Assembly (NCBI GenBank): GCA_964642855.1
Contig: CAZXSK010000011.1
Coordinates: 10,042 to 74,041 of the forward strand
Origin: an uncultured Planctomycetaceae bacterium
GTDB taxonomy: Bacteria; Planctomycetota; Phycisphaerae; SM23-33
Direction of reading: 5' to 3'
Length of the DNA stretch: 64,000 bases
Of this stretch, positions 1 through 8,771 are shown in pieces. Numbering within the stretch: position 1 is the first letter of the stretch; each line of letters begins with the position of its first letter. The notes beneath the pieces are model-generated. The model worked only from the letters and a program-made list of their open reading frames with translations, searched no databases and had not been told where the DNA came from. Position numbers and translations under genes: made by a program.

Positions 1-9
1 GTTGCAGGA

Positions 10-1416
10 TTGCGGTACGAGGTGTGGGAGATTCCCGATCCGCCGACAGGCTCTGCGCCGATCGGATCGATGGCCGAAGGAAGCATCAGCTTCGCCGGGT
101 ACAACGGCGATGCCTGGTGGTACCGTGGCGGATGGACGAAGCTTTCGGACAGCGGCTCGCCCAAGTCCGCCAGCTCGACCGGCTATGTCGTCGGGCGCGA
201 CATTGCCACGGAACAGGCAGTGGGCTGGCACGTTACGAGCGGCGGGGTGACCTATCGGCAGCTCAACGTTCCCACGCAGGGCCCCTATCCGTGGAGCGAG
301 GGGTACGGCGTGAACAACCGCGGCATCATGGTCGGCGCGGCCCAGTCCGGAGTAGGCACGAGCGCCGCATATATCCATGACTGGAATGCAGGCAGCACGA
401 CGTTCATCGATCCGATGGACCTCGACAATGACGGCGAACCGGCAGACATAATGAACGCCATTGCCGTCAATGACGCCGGCATCGTTGTCGGCAACGTGAT
501 CGACGGCTGGTACCGGGACGGATTCGTACACACGCCCGGTAGCGGAGTGGCCTCGCTGGGCGTGAAGGTGTACGCCAAGGACCTGGAGGTCTGGGACCTC
601 AGCGAAAATGGCTACGTCGCTGGAGCGATCGACGATAGCACAGTCTATGTCAAGAAGATCGGCGAGTCAGGGTATACGGACACAGGCCTCGCATACAACT
701 CCGAGCGAGGCGGCGTGAACGACGCCGGCTGGGTGGCCTCGGGCAATCAGCTCTATCACGACGGCACGGTGAGCAATATCTCCGATCTGGTCGTGCCCGG
801 CACTGGCTACGGCTGGTTCGGCATCCGCGATATCAACTCACGCGGCGTGATGATCGGCATGGCCAGGGAGAGCATGTATTCCGGCGACTGGGCGCGCGTG
901 TTGCTGTTCCCCGTGGCGGGTGACAACGTCGTGCCGAACCCGGAGTTCGATACGACCGACGGCCTGGTGACCAGCGGCGAGGTGGAGGTGGTGACAGACC
1001 CAGACGACGCGGGCAACAACTGCCTGCAGATGACCACGGCCTCGCCCGTGTACATCGAGCAACTGGTCGACACGCCGAACGGAAGCTTCGAGATCTCCTT
1101 CGACTATCGCTTCCTCGATGCCGGGGGAACGCTCCTGTTGGAGTTGAACGGCCAGGAGCTGGAGGTCCTGGGTCCCGCATCCAAGCCCGATGCCACGTGG
1201 GTGAACCATGGCCACGGCTATCTCGTGAACGACCCGTCGCTGTACAACCTGAGCGACGCTGCCTTGCGGATCACGTTCGATCATGACGAGGCGGACAAGC
1301 GGGTCCTGCTGGACAGCCTGCATCTCGGCGTTGTTGACGAGATTCCCGAGCCGACGATTCTCAGCCTGATGGGTCTGGGCGGACTGGCAATGCTGAGACG
1401 CAGACGGGGGAAGTAA
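10..1416 (+). CDS. PEP-CTERM sorting-domain secreted protein, 5' partial (open to window edge; TTG at 10 is probably not the true start)
   Basis: C-terminus ...DEIPEPTILSLMGLGGLAMLRRRRGK is a PEP motif, then a TM helix, then an Arg-rich tail, which is the classic exosortase PEP-CTERM signal. No N-terminal signal peptide is visible, and the frame is open upstream to position 1. Confidence 0.6.
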   Translation: MRYEVWEIPDPPTGSAPIGSMAEGSISFAGYNGDAWWYRGGWTKLSDSGSPKSASSTGYVVGRDIATEQAVGWHVTSGGVTYRQLNVPTQGPYPWSEGYGVNNRGIMVGAAQSGVGTSAAYIHDWNAGSTTFIDPMDLDNDGEPADIMNAIAVNDAGIVVGNVIDGWYRDGFVHTPGSGVASLGVKVYAKDLEVWDLSENGYVAGAIDDSTVYVKKIGESGYTDTGLAYNSERGGVNDAGWVASGNQLYHDGTVSNISDLVVPGTGYGWFGIRDINSRGVMIGMARESMYSGDWARVLLFPVAGDNVVPNPEFDTTDGLVTSGEVEVVTDPDDAGNNCLQMTTASPVYIEQLVDTPNGSFEISFDYRFLDAGGTLLLELNGQELEVLGPASKPDATWVNHGHGYLVNDPSLYNLSDAALRITFDHDEADKRVLLDSLHLGVVDEIPEPTILSLMGLGGLAMLRRRRGK

Positions 1417-1474
1417 GTCTCTTGTCGAGACGACAGCTCAGCCACACCAGCCAGCTAACGCACGAAGAAGACAA

Positions 1475-1505
1475 CGGGCGGCCCGAGGCGGGTCGCCCGC
1501 TTTTT
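1475..1505 (+). terminator. rho-independent terminator-like hairpin after the PEP-CTERM gene
   Basis: CGGGCGGCCC-GAGGC-GGGTCGCCCG gives a 10-bp stem with 1 mismatch, followed by CTTTTT. Confidence 0.5.
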
Positions 1506-1803
1506 CGGCGCAGGAGTTCGCTAAGGAACGACAATGCCGGCCTTGCGTTGCCCGCGACACGTATGGCACCACCAGATGATCGGCGAACCCGAACCCCATG
1601 GATCCCAGATGCATGCCCTTGAGCAACTCCGGCAATGGCGGAAGCCAGAACTCACACGAAGCCATTGACACGATCGGGCTGCAGGCTGGCTTGCATGGTC
1701 TTGATTGCCATGGGATAATCTCCTGTCGCCGGAACCGATCTCCGCGCGAAGGGTTTACGGACTGGATACTCATTTTCTCCCCGCTTCGATTTTGGAGACA
1801 CTC

Positions 1804-4014
1804 ATGAAGACTCTGTCGTATCTCTGCATTGGCCTGGTCGTGCTGGTGACAGCTTGTTACGCACCAGCTGGCGACAAGCTCTACAAGGAAGATGGCCTGA
1901 CGAAGGTGCACCCGCCGAAGGTGGACGAGAAGTTCCGCAACACCGCCTGGACCGAGAAGATGGAGAAGGGCTTCTGGAAGCGGGCAAACCACGCCATCGA
2001 CGCCTACACGAAACCCTCCATCGCTGCGACCACCGGTGAGCATGAGAAATGGAACTACCCGAAGTTGATGTTCAATTACCTCGCTGGCCAGAAGGCGCAC
2101 TGCCTCAAGGGTCTGCAGGTCATCGATGGGGAGCAGTCTCACACGGCGGGGATCGATTTCTACTGGTGCTTCACGCTCAAGAACCAGATGCGGAAGTACT
2201 TCTACTTCGGCGACGAGTTGGATCCCAGCTACAAGCGCCGGATGTACAACGCAGCAAAGGTGTGGACTAAGGAAGATCCTCGCCCGACGATGGAACTCGT
2301 GCTTGCGCTCGATAGCAAGGACGAGGTCGTCCGGGAGTATGCTCTGGAGCTGCTCCAGCAGATGCGTGTTCCGCCAGAGAAGATGAAGGAGATGGGCAAG
2401 AAGGCGGCTGCCAGCGACAACAATGTCCGCAAGGCGTTCGGCAACTACATGCTGAAGATCGCCGACGAGATTCCGGAAGGCAACTACCGAGACGACGTCG
2501 ACAAGTGGCGCCAGTGGTACAAGATCATCTCCGACGGCGATTGGATGGTGTTCGAGGAATTCGAGCGCCAGGTCAACCCTCGCGGGCATCCGAAACACGG
2601 CGTGGGCAGCGGACCTGTCGGCGGCGCGTGGGACCCCGGCACACGCGGAGGGTGGGTGGACGCCCGCAACACGGACAACCTCCGGGCGATGCGTGAATGC
2701 AGCGTGTACCTCTTTGCCGAAGAGACCGGGAATGAAAAGGTTCGGCGGCTGTACAAGCAGAAGCTGATCCGCTCGGTGACCGGGCTGTATCACGTGGGTA
2801 TGGGCGAGTGGGATTCCGAAGCGTATCACGCGCACTCGATCGCTCCGTACCTGAACCTCTATGACTTCGCAAAGGACGAGCAGGTCAAGCTTCTCGGAAA
2901 GGCTGCCCTTGACTGGCTGTTCACCGCCGGGGCACTGAAGTACTACCGCGGCGGTCACGGCGGGCCGGTAAAACGCGATTACGGCGGAGCAAACAAACCC
3001 TTCGGTGCCGGCGTCAGCCACATGATGTACCTGTACTTCGGCGACACGCCGATGGAAGATCCAAGCCCCCACTACGACGACGTGCATGCGATCACCAGCG
3101 CATACAGGCCGCCCCTTGCCGTGGTGGGCGTGGCACGCAAGGAGTTCGATCGGCCGCTGGAGATGCACAACACCAAGCCGACCTATTCACATTGGCTGCC
3201 CGGCAAGAGCGAGTCGCCGGAGTTCTGGGAGACGCTCTATTTCGGGGACACCTGCGTTCTGGGATCGGTCGTTTCCAAGGGCGGCGCATACGACGTGGGC
3301 CCGTTCAAGATGATGGCCTGGGATGCCGACCGAGGCGTGGAGTACTTCGTGGCGGCTTCCAGCAAGAAGTTCAACACCAAACGTGGAGGCGACCAGATCG
3401 CCCAGTATGAAAACCTCTGTCTGTTCCTCCGGCCTGCTGACGGTTCGACCTTCCACTTCCAGATCCCCAAGAGCGTCGATGTCTCAGAGCAAGGAGGGGT
3501 GTGGTTCGTTAGGTTCGACAAAACGTATCTCGCGATCCGGCCGATCGGATTGGACGGAAAGAAGCTCGGCGGCATGAAGGGCCGAGACTCACGCCAGTAT
3601 CCCAAGGCCCAGTTGATGACCGCCAGCGGCGGGAAGGGCGACGGACTGATCGGGTTTGCCATGGAGATCGGCGAGGCGCCGACCAAGTTCGAGGACTTCA
3701 GGAAGGCGGTCCTGGCCAAGGGCCAGCTGTCCGCCGTCGAAGGCGGGAAGGGCTACGAGCTTGCGTCTGTCGATGGCAGAAAGCTGAAGGTGATCTACAA
3801 TCGGGATGACAACCTGCCCGAACTCTACCGTGACGGAGAGCAGTACGTCTGGATGGACAACAAAGAGATCTACAAGCCGATGGACGTCGGGAAGAGCCCT
3901 GTCTCACTGGGCTGGAAGGAAGGCAAGCTGATCGTCAAGGCAGGCGGGTATGAGTTTGTTCAAACCGTAACGAAGGACGGTAAGGTTACGTTCTCGGAGA
4001 AGAAGGCGAAGTAG
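1804..4014 (+). CDS. large secreted lipoprotein, function unknown
   Basis: ATG at 1804 lies 5 nt after GGAGA. N-terminus MKTLSYLCIGLVVLVTAC is a signal peptide plus lipobox Cys. The 736-aa product is K/E/W-rich with coherent composition. The overlapping minus-strand 576-aa ORF is a shadow. Confidence 0.7.
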   Translation: MKTLSYLCIGLVVLVTACYAPAGDKLYKEDGLTKVHPPKVDEKFRNTAWTEKMEKGFWKRANHAIDAYTKPSIAATTGEHEKWNYPKLMFNYLAGQKAHCLKGLQVIDGEQSHTAGIDFYWCFTLKNQMRKYFYFGDELDPSYKRRMYNAAKVWTKEDPRPTMELVLALDSKDEVVREYALELLQQMRVPPEKMKEMGKKAAASDNNVRKAFGNYMLKIADEIPEGNYRDDVDKWRQWYKIISDGDWMVFEEFERQVNPRGHPKHGVGSGPVGGAWDPGTRGGWVDARNTDNLRAMRECSVYLFAEETGNEKVRRLYKQKLIRSVTGLYHVGMGEWDSEAYHAHSIAPYLNLYDFAKDEQVKLLGKAALDWLFTAGALKYYRGGHGGPVKRDYGGANKPFGAGVSHMMYLYFGDTPMEDPSPHYDDVHAITSAYRPPLAVVGVARKEFDRPLEMHNTKPTYSHWLPGKSESPEFWETLYFGDTCVLGSVVSKGGAYDVGPFKMMAWDADRGVEYFVAASSKKFNTKRGGDQIAQYENLCLFLRPADGSTFHFQIPKSVDVSEQGGVWFVRFDKTYLAIRPIGLDGKKLGGMKGRDSRQYPKAQLMTASGGKGDGLIGFAMEIGEAPTKFEDFRKAVLAKGQLSAVEGGKGYELASVDGRKLKVIYNRDDNLPELYRDGEQYVWMDNKEIYKPMDVGKSPVSLGWKEGKLIVKAGGYEFVQTVTKDGKVTFSEKKAK

Positions 4015-4041
4015 CCCGCCCGCCAGGGAACGGATCATTAT

Positions 4042-4075
4042 GCGGGGCGTCCAAGATATTGGGCGCCCCGCTTGT
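4042..4075 (+). terminator. GC-rich hairpin (11-bp stem with one G-U wobble, 8-nt loop AAGATATT) followed by CTTGTGATG
   Basis: GCGGGGCGTCC/GGGCGCCCCGC inverted repeat 28 nt after the lipoprotein stop. The T-tract is weak. Confidence 0.35.
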
Positions 4076-4076
4076 G

Positions 4077-5378
4077 ATGAGCAGCCCCACGTGCCCGAAT
4101 CGGAGAAGAGGCGTGACGTCTAAGTTGACGGACAGTTTGCGAGGCATGGTGGCTGCTGTCGCTGGTCGTTTGGGGCGCAGGCGAGCGGTCGAGTCCGCGG
4201 CCATCTGCGCCGCATCTGCAGGTCCGGCTGCGATTGCGACCGGGCTTTCGCTAGCCTATGCCCGCGAAATGCCGTGGTTGGGCCTGGTTCCTCTACTGAC
4301 CGGGGTAATCGTGGGAGGGCTGATAGTCTGGTTCCGTGCTCGGCTCGACCCTTCTTCCATTGTGGCGTTCGCAGCAGGGCTGTCGGCGGCGGGCAACGGG
4401 TTGGCGGGTGCATTTCTTGTCAGCTCAGGGGCAGGCATCCCGTCCCGTTTGCTGGTTTCCTTGCTGATGCTCATCGTGGGCGGAGTCTGTGGTCTTGTTG
4501 CTGGCATCATTCGCATGCCCAGCCTGACGGACGCGGCACGCTGGTGTGACAGCTGCCTTGGTCTCGAGGACCGTGCGACGGCTGCATTGGAATCGGCCAG
4601 GCGACGGGGAGAAGACAGCGAGGTCACTCGCTGCATTACCCGTCAGGCGGTCGAGGCGATCAGTGCGGCCGACATTCCATCGGCCCGGTTGTGGGAACGT
4701 GGTCCAGGTACGTGGGCGTCGCTGGCACTTGCCATTGTGGTGACGGTGGGGGTGTCGGTGGCACCGATCGGGCTGGATCACCGAGAGGATCTTTCCACGG
4801 TCTTGGCCGGTATGCTGGATCAGTTGCCGGCTGATCAACGCGCTCGTTTGGCTGAATCGCTTCGACAGGCGCGACGGGCGAGCGATGATAGGGGCGTTTC
4901 CGAAACACTGGGAGAAGCGGCCGTCGTTGCGTTACAGGGGGACGATCCGCAGCGCCTCCGTGAGCTACTGGAAGAACTTCGTCAAGCGGGAGTGGAGGTC
5001 CGCGACATGCTGCCCGCCGACGTGCTTGCAGCGGCTGAGGCACGCCTTCGCGGTGGGGGGGGCGGGGGTGGCGAGCGAGGGACCGACGCCAATGATCTGG
5101 CCCGCCGTCCCGATTCGTTCGACGCAAGTCCGGGCGGGGTGCGAGTGTTCGACCCGGCGTACGATACCAACGCGAAGGCGGCAATCGATCCCGGTTCAGG
5201 GTGGTTCTGGCGGCCTGCGGAAGATGCCTGGGCGGACGCCAGAAGGCAGGCGACCGAGGGCCTCCGAACGGGTTCGATACCGATGCGATACCGGCAACTC
5301 ATCCGAAACTACTACGCCGGGCAAAGCCGGAATGGGGGCTATTGGAAGAGCGAGCCGCGCGGAGCGGATGGGACGTAG
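4077..5378 (+). CDS. polytopic membrane protein, hypothetical (start uncertain)
   Basis: Several hydrophobic helices (LVPLLTGVIVGGLIVWF, LLVSLLMLIVGGVCGLVAGII), then an Ala/Arg/Asp-rich soluble tail with a Gly7 run. The TTG at 4059 lies inside the upstream hairpin, so I moved the start to ATG 4077. Confidence 0.5.
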   Translation: MSSPTCPNRRRGVTSKLTDSLRGMVAAVAGRLGRRRAVESAAICAASAGPAAIATGLSLAYAREMPWLGLVPLLTGVIVGGLIVWFRARLDPSSIVAFAAGLSAAGNGLAGAFLVSSGAGIPSRLLVSLLMLIVGGVCGLVAGIIRMPSLTDAARWCDSCLGLEDRATAALESARRRGEDSEVTRCITRQAVEAISAADIPSARLWERGPGTWASLALAIVVTVGVSVAPIGLDHREDLSTVLAGMLDQLPADQRARLAESLRQARRASDDRGVSETLGEAAVVALQGDDPQRLRELLEELRQAGVEVRDMLPADVLAAAEARLRGGGGGGGERGTDANDLARRPDSFDASPGGVRVFDPAYDTNAKAAIDPGSGWFWRPAEDAWADARRQATEGLRTGSIPMRYRQLIRNYYAGQSRNGGYWKSEPRGADGT

Positions 5379-6457
5379 TTGTTCTGCAGGAAGTAGTCCG
5401 CGGCCTCTCGGGTGGAGCGGAAGACCCGCGTTGCCGTTTCCGTGATGAACGGCGACGGATCGGTCTCGGGCTGCCAGATTACGAACACGTCTCTGGTTGC
5501 TTCGTGGGCGTGCTGGAGTTCCCGTTCCACGCCACTGGAGAGTCCGGGCATGCCGTCTTCCAAGACCGGTACGAGGGAGATGATCATATCGGCCTGGTCG
5601 ATGAGCTTGAAATCGCGCGCATAGATCTGGCCATCGATATCAGGAATGATGCTCAACGCTTCAGCTGTGTCCACGGTTGAGCGGTGGTTCGCGGGGCCAA
5701 TCTCGATGGTCCGCTCGCCGATGCGGGCGGCTTTCAGGGCCTTGTCGCCGATGTACTTCTCTTCGAGGTCTCCCGGATCGAAGCAGGTGAAGTACTGCTT
5801 CATCTTGCGGCGGAAGCTCTCGATTTCAGCGAGCAATCTGGGGCGACTTCCGACGTGGGACATCGGGAAGCTCAGATATGCTTTACGCACTTCGGGGCGG
5901 AACAGAAGGCGCACGAGGGCCTTGGCGGTGCCCGATTCGATCGGGTCGTCACCCCGGGCGCAGATGTAAAAATGGCCATGGCCTTGGGTGATCTGGCTGA
6001 CAAGCTCCGTGGCGAGGATCTCTTCCTCCCGCCAGACCATCAAGTCCTTCAGCGTGTGGTTGGCGTGTCCGTCTCGAAGCAGCCTGTAATGCACGCTGTC
6101 GATGTTGTCGACGACGGTCACGTAGACGTCGGCGTCGAGCTGTTTCATCTGGTCGTAATCAAAGGCATAGAACAGCCCGTGTCGCCAGCGGAAGGTTGCG
6201 TGAGTGTTGACCAGTAGATTGGGGGCCTTGTCCGCTTCGGTGAGAATGTCCTTGAAGACGCTCCGCCGAAGGCTTTGCAGGCGTGTGAGGGGCAGGTCGA
6301 GGATCTTGCCCGGCGCGACGTCGGGCGCTTCGGCGTACATTCGCCGACCGACGTTGCAGAGGGTGCAGTCGAAGCCTTTGTCCCGGGCGATACCCACGAC
6401 GGCTTCAAGAAGCTCTTCCTTGTCCAGCCCGACCTGTCCTGTGATAACCGCTCGCAT
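5339..6457 (-). CDS. two-domain protein: N-terminal cytidylate-kinase-like/P-loop-like domain fused to a C-terminal nucleoside 2-deoxyribosyltransferase/LOG-like Rossmann domain; last gene of the pilus operon
   Basis: ATG at 6457. N-terminus MRAVITGQVGLDKEELLEAVVGIARDKGFD resembles the Cytidylate_kin2 family (ITxxxGxGG..E), without a canonical GK[ST]. C-terminus ...DMIISLVPVLEDGMPGLSSGVERELQHAHEATRDVFVIW resembles the NDT/LOG PGGxGTxxE Rossmann signature. It sits 58 nt downstream of the second pseudopilin gene on the same strand. Confidence 0.6.
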   Translation of the reverse strand: MRAVITGQVGLDKEELLEAVVGIARDKGFDCTLCNVGRRMYAEAPDVAPGKILDLPLTRLQSLRRSVFKDILTEADKAPNLLVNTHATFRWRHGLFYAFDYDQMKQLDADVYVTVVDNIDSVHYRLLRDGHANHTLKDLMVWREEEILATELVSQITQGHGHFYICARGDDPIESGTAKALVRLLFRPEVRKAYLSFPMSHVGSRPRLLAEIESFRRKMKQYFTCFDPGDLEEKYIGDKALKAARIGERTIEIGPANHRSTVDTAEALSIIPDIDGQIYARDFKLIDQADMIISLVPVLEDGMPGLSSGVERELQHAHEATRDVFVIWQPETDPSPFITETATRVFRSTREAADYFLQNNYVPSAPRGSLFQ

Positions 6458-6515
6458 GAGCGGGCATGATAGCGGCCGGGCGGGGGCGAATCAATCCGTG
6501 CTCCGCCGGCTTGAG

Positions 6516-7037
6516 CTACAGGTTCCGTCGGGGTGAACCGGAGGCTGTCATGGTGAATGACTTCCCGCGAACCTTGAAGGTCAGCTTGACGACGACCTCC
6601 AGCGCGTAACCGTTTGTGTCGTTGGCGATGGTGACCTTGAAGTCGGTGACGGTCATGTCGTCGTCGTTGTCTCCGATCAGCACCCAGGTGTCGTCGCCGG
6701 TGGACAGGGCGGGGGCGATCTTGTACTTCAGCTGGCCGGATCCGCTGTAATAGCGGTATTCCGCCAGCGTCAGACTGCTCTGATCGGCGGGATTCTTGAT
6801 GCTCAGGACCGTGTTGGGGTCAGCCGAGTCGACGTCGCTCGCCGTGCGAATCTGCCGCTTGATCTGCCCCATCACCCGCTGTGCCACCTGCATCGCGGAC
6901 GAGACTTTGTCATTCTCTTCGTAGGTGGTCATCGACGAGTGAAACGCCGTGGCCACTGCGGTCATGACCATTGCGAGGATGGCGACGCTGATGATCAGCT
7001 CGACGACGGTGAAGCCGTGTCTTCTGTGTCGAGTCAT
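6516..7037 (-). CDS. prepilin-type N-terminal cleavage/methylation domain protein (pseudopilin/minor pilin)
   Basis: MTRHRRHGFTVVELIISVAILAMV is the G-F-T-x-x-E prepilin processing motif with a hydrophobic stem. Confidence 0.75.
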   Translation of the reverse strand: MTRHRRHGFTVVELIISVAILAMVMTAVATAFHSSMTTYEENDKVSSAMQVAQRVMGQIKRQIRTASDVDSADPNTVLSIKNPADQSSLTLAEYRYYSGSGQLKYKIAPALSTGDDTWVLIGDNDDDMTVTDFKVTIANDTNGYALEVVVKLTFKVRGKSFTMTASGSPRRNL

Positions 7038-7079
7038 GGTAATCCCTCCTGGCGCGTGATACGCCGGTGCACCGAGCCG

Positions 7080-7508
7080 TTACTCGAGGCTGACAAGCCA
7101 GCCGGTTTCCAGAACGGCCCTGTTTCCGTGGAGTATCGTCACGGAGACCCGTCGGCAGGCGTGCTTGGTGTCGTTGGGATCTTCCACAAGCCCGTTGGGG
7201 TCCAGCCAGGCCAGGGAGATCTGTTGCGTCCAGCCCTTCATATGCGTGATCTCGTTGAGCTGGGAGTCCCGCGGCGGACTGTAGGTAGCTGCAGAGAGCG
7301 TGTTGGGATCTCGTCCGGCGGTATACTCGCGATACTCCTGGGCGAGAAAGACCGCCTGGGTCATTTCCTGCCCGGCGAGATTGATGCTGGAAGAGGACGC
7401 GCACGCCAGCAGCAATCCGCAGACGCCGATGGCGAGAATCACGGTGGCAATGGCGACCTCGACCAGCGTGAATCCTTCGCGCCGGCAGGGACGATGCATG
7501 CGTTTCAT
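7080..7508 (-). CDS. prepilin-type N-terminal cleavage/methylation domain protein (pseudopilin/pilin)
   Basis: MKRMHRPCRREGFTLVEVAIATVILAIGV prepilin motif. Confidence 0.75.
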   Translation of the reverse strand: MKRMHRPCRREGFTLVEVAIATVILAIGVCGLLLACASSSSINLAGQEMTQAVFLAQEYREYTAGRDPNTLSAATYSPPRDSQLNEITHMKGWTQQISLAWLDPNGLVEDPNDTKHACRRVSVTILHGNRAVLETGWLVSLE

Positions 7509-7530
7509 CGGTTTCCTCCTGTGGAGGGTC

Positions 7531-8757
7531 CTACTTCACGACCGCGGACATCTTGAAGATCGGCAGCATGATAGCCGCGGCGATGAAGCCCACGACGGCA
7601 CCCATGACCACGATCATCAGCGGTTCGATCATCGACGTGACCGTTTTAATCGTGGACTTGAGTTCCTCCTGGTAGTAATCCGACACTTCCCGCAGCACCT
7701 CGCCCAGGTTACCCGATTCCTCACCCGCGCCGACCATCTGCACCACGTTGCGGGGCAGGAGGGTCTGACGCGTCAGGGGATCGACGATTTTCGTGCCTTC
7801 CTTCACCCCGTCATGCACGCGCGTCCACATGTCACTGTAGAGCACGTTGCCCGAAACGTCGGAGGTGATCGTAAGCGTTTCCAACATCGGCACGCCCGCA
7901 GTCAGCAGTTCGCCCATCGTCTGCAGCCCGCGAGAGATGTACAGCGCCCGGAACATCTTCTTGAACAGTGGCATCTTCAGCTTGAATGTGTCAAAGGCGT
8001 GTCGGCCCTGGTCTGTCTTCTTGATCAGGACAGTCAGGCCGATGACTATGGCACCCAGCACGCCGAGGATGATCTGCCAGTCATTGCGGAGCATGTCGCT
8101 CAGGTTCAACAGCAGGACCGTTGGCGCGGGCAAAAGATCTTCCTTGCCGGCAAACAGGCCCGTGAAGCGAGGCAGGACCCACGTGAGCATGAAGACCACC
8201 GTAGAAATGGCCAGGATGCAAATGATCATCGGATAGACCATGGCGCCGATGACCATTCGGCGGGTTTCCATCTGCTGCTGCAGGTAGGCCCGGATGCGGT
8301 CAAGCATATGCCCGAGATTGCCGCTCAGCTCTGACGCCTTGATCATGTTGACATACAGGAAGGAGAAGATCTTGGGGTGCTTGCCCAGCGCTTCGGAGAA
8401 GGTCTTGCCTCCCTCCACGTCGTTCTTGACGTCGAACAGGGCCTTCTGGAATTTCTGATTCTGGGTCTGCTCTGCAATGGACTCGATCGCGGTTCGGATG
8501 TTGATGCCCGCCCGGATCATCACCGCGAGCTGACTGGTAAAGGCCATGACATCCTTCAGGCCCGGCCCACTCTCCAGGCGAATGCTCTGGAGTTTCTCGA
8601 GCAGGCTGCTTCCCGCCACGGGCGACACGCTCAGCAGGTATCCTCCCTGCTGTTTGGCCATACCGGTAGCGTCGGCGAGTGATGCCGCCTGCACCATTCC
8701 GGTCGTAACCTGACCACTGTCGTTTCGAACTTCGTAACGGTATGCCTGCATGGGCAT
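7531..8757 (-). CDS. pilC: type IV pilus assembly / type II secretion platform protein PilC/GspF
   Basis: 408 aa with the two repeated GspF domains and three TM segments. The sequence is typical of the GspF family, and the gene sits beside the ATPases. Confidence 0.9.
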   Translation of the reverse strand: MPMQAYRYEVRNDSGQVTTGMVQAASLADATGMAKQQGGYLLSVSPVAGSSLLEKLQSIRLESGPGLKDVMAFTSQLAVMIRAGINIRTAIESIAEQTQNQKFQKALFDVKNDVEGGKTFSEALGKHPKIFSFLYVNMIKASELSGNLGHMLDRIRAYLQQQMETRRMVIGAMVYPMIICILAISTVVFMLTWVLPRFTGLFAGKEDLLPAPTVLLLNLSDMLRNDWQIILGVLGAIVIGLTVLIKKTDQGRHAFDTFKLKMPLFKKMFRALYISRGLQTMGELLTAGVPMLETLTITSDVSGNVLYSDMWTRVHDGVKEGTKIVDPLTRQTLLPRNVVQMVGAGEESGNLGEVLREVSDYYQEELKSTIKTVTSMIEPLMIVVMGAVVGFIAAAIMLPIFKMSAVVK

Positions 8758-8771
8758 GGGTCACCTCCTGG

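Noticed and set aside
1438-3168. 576-aa minus-strand ORF overlapping the lipoprotein gene
   Set aside because: It is the antisense shadow of the well-formed + gene 1804-4014, with H/R/V/A-rich composition and no motifs.
4059-4076. ORF-track TTG start at 4059 for the membrane protein
   Set aside because: The TTG lies inside the stem of the upstream terminator-like hairpin and has no Shine-Dalgarno sequence. I moved the start to the first ATG at 4077, which is still uncertain.
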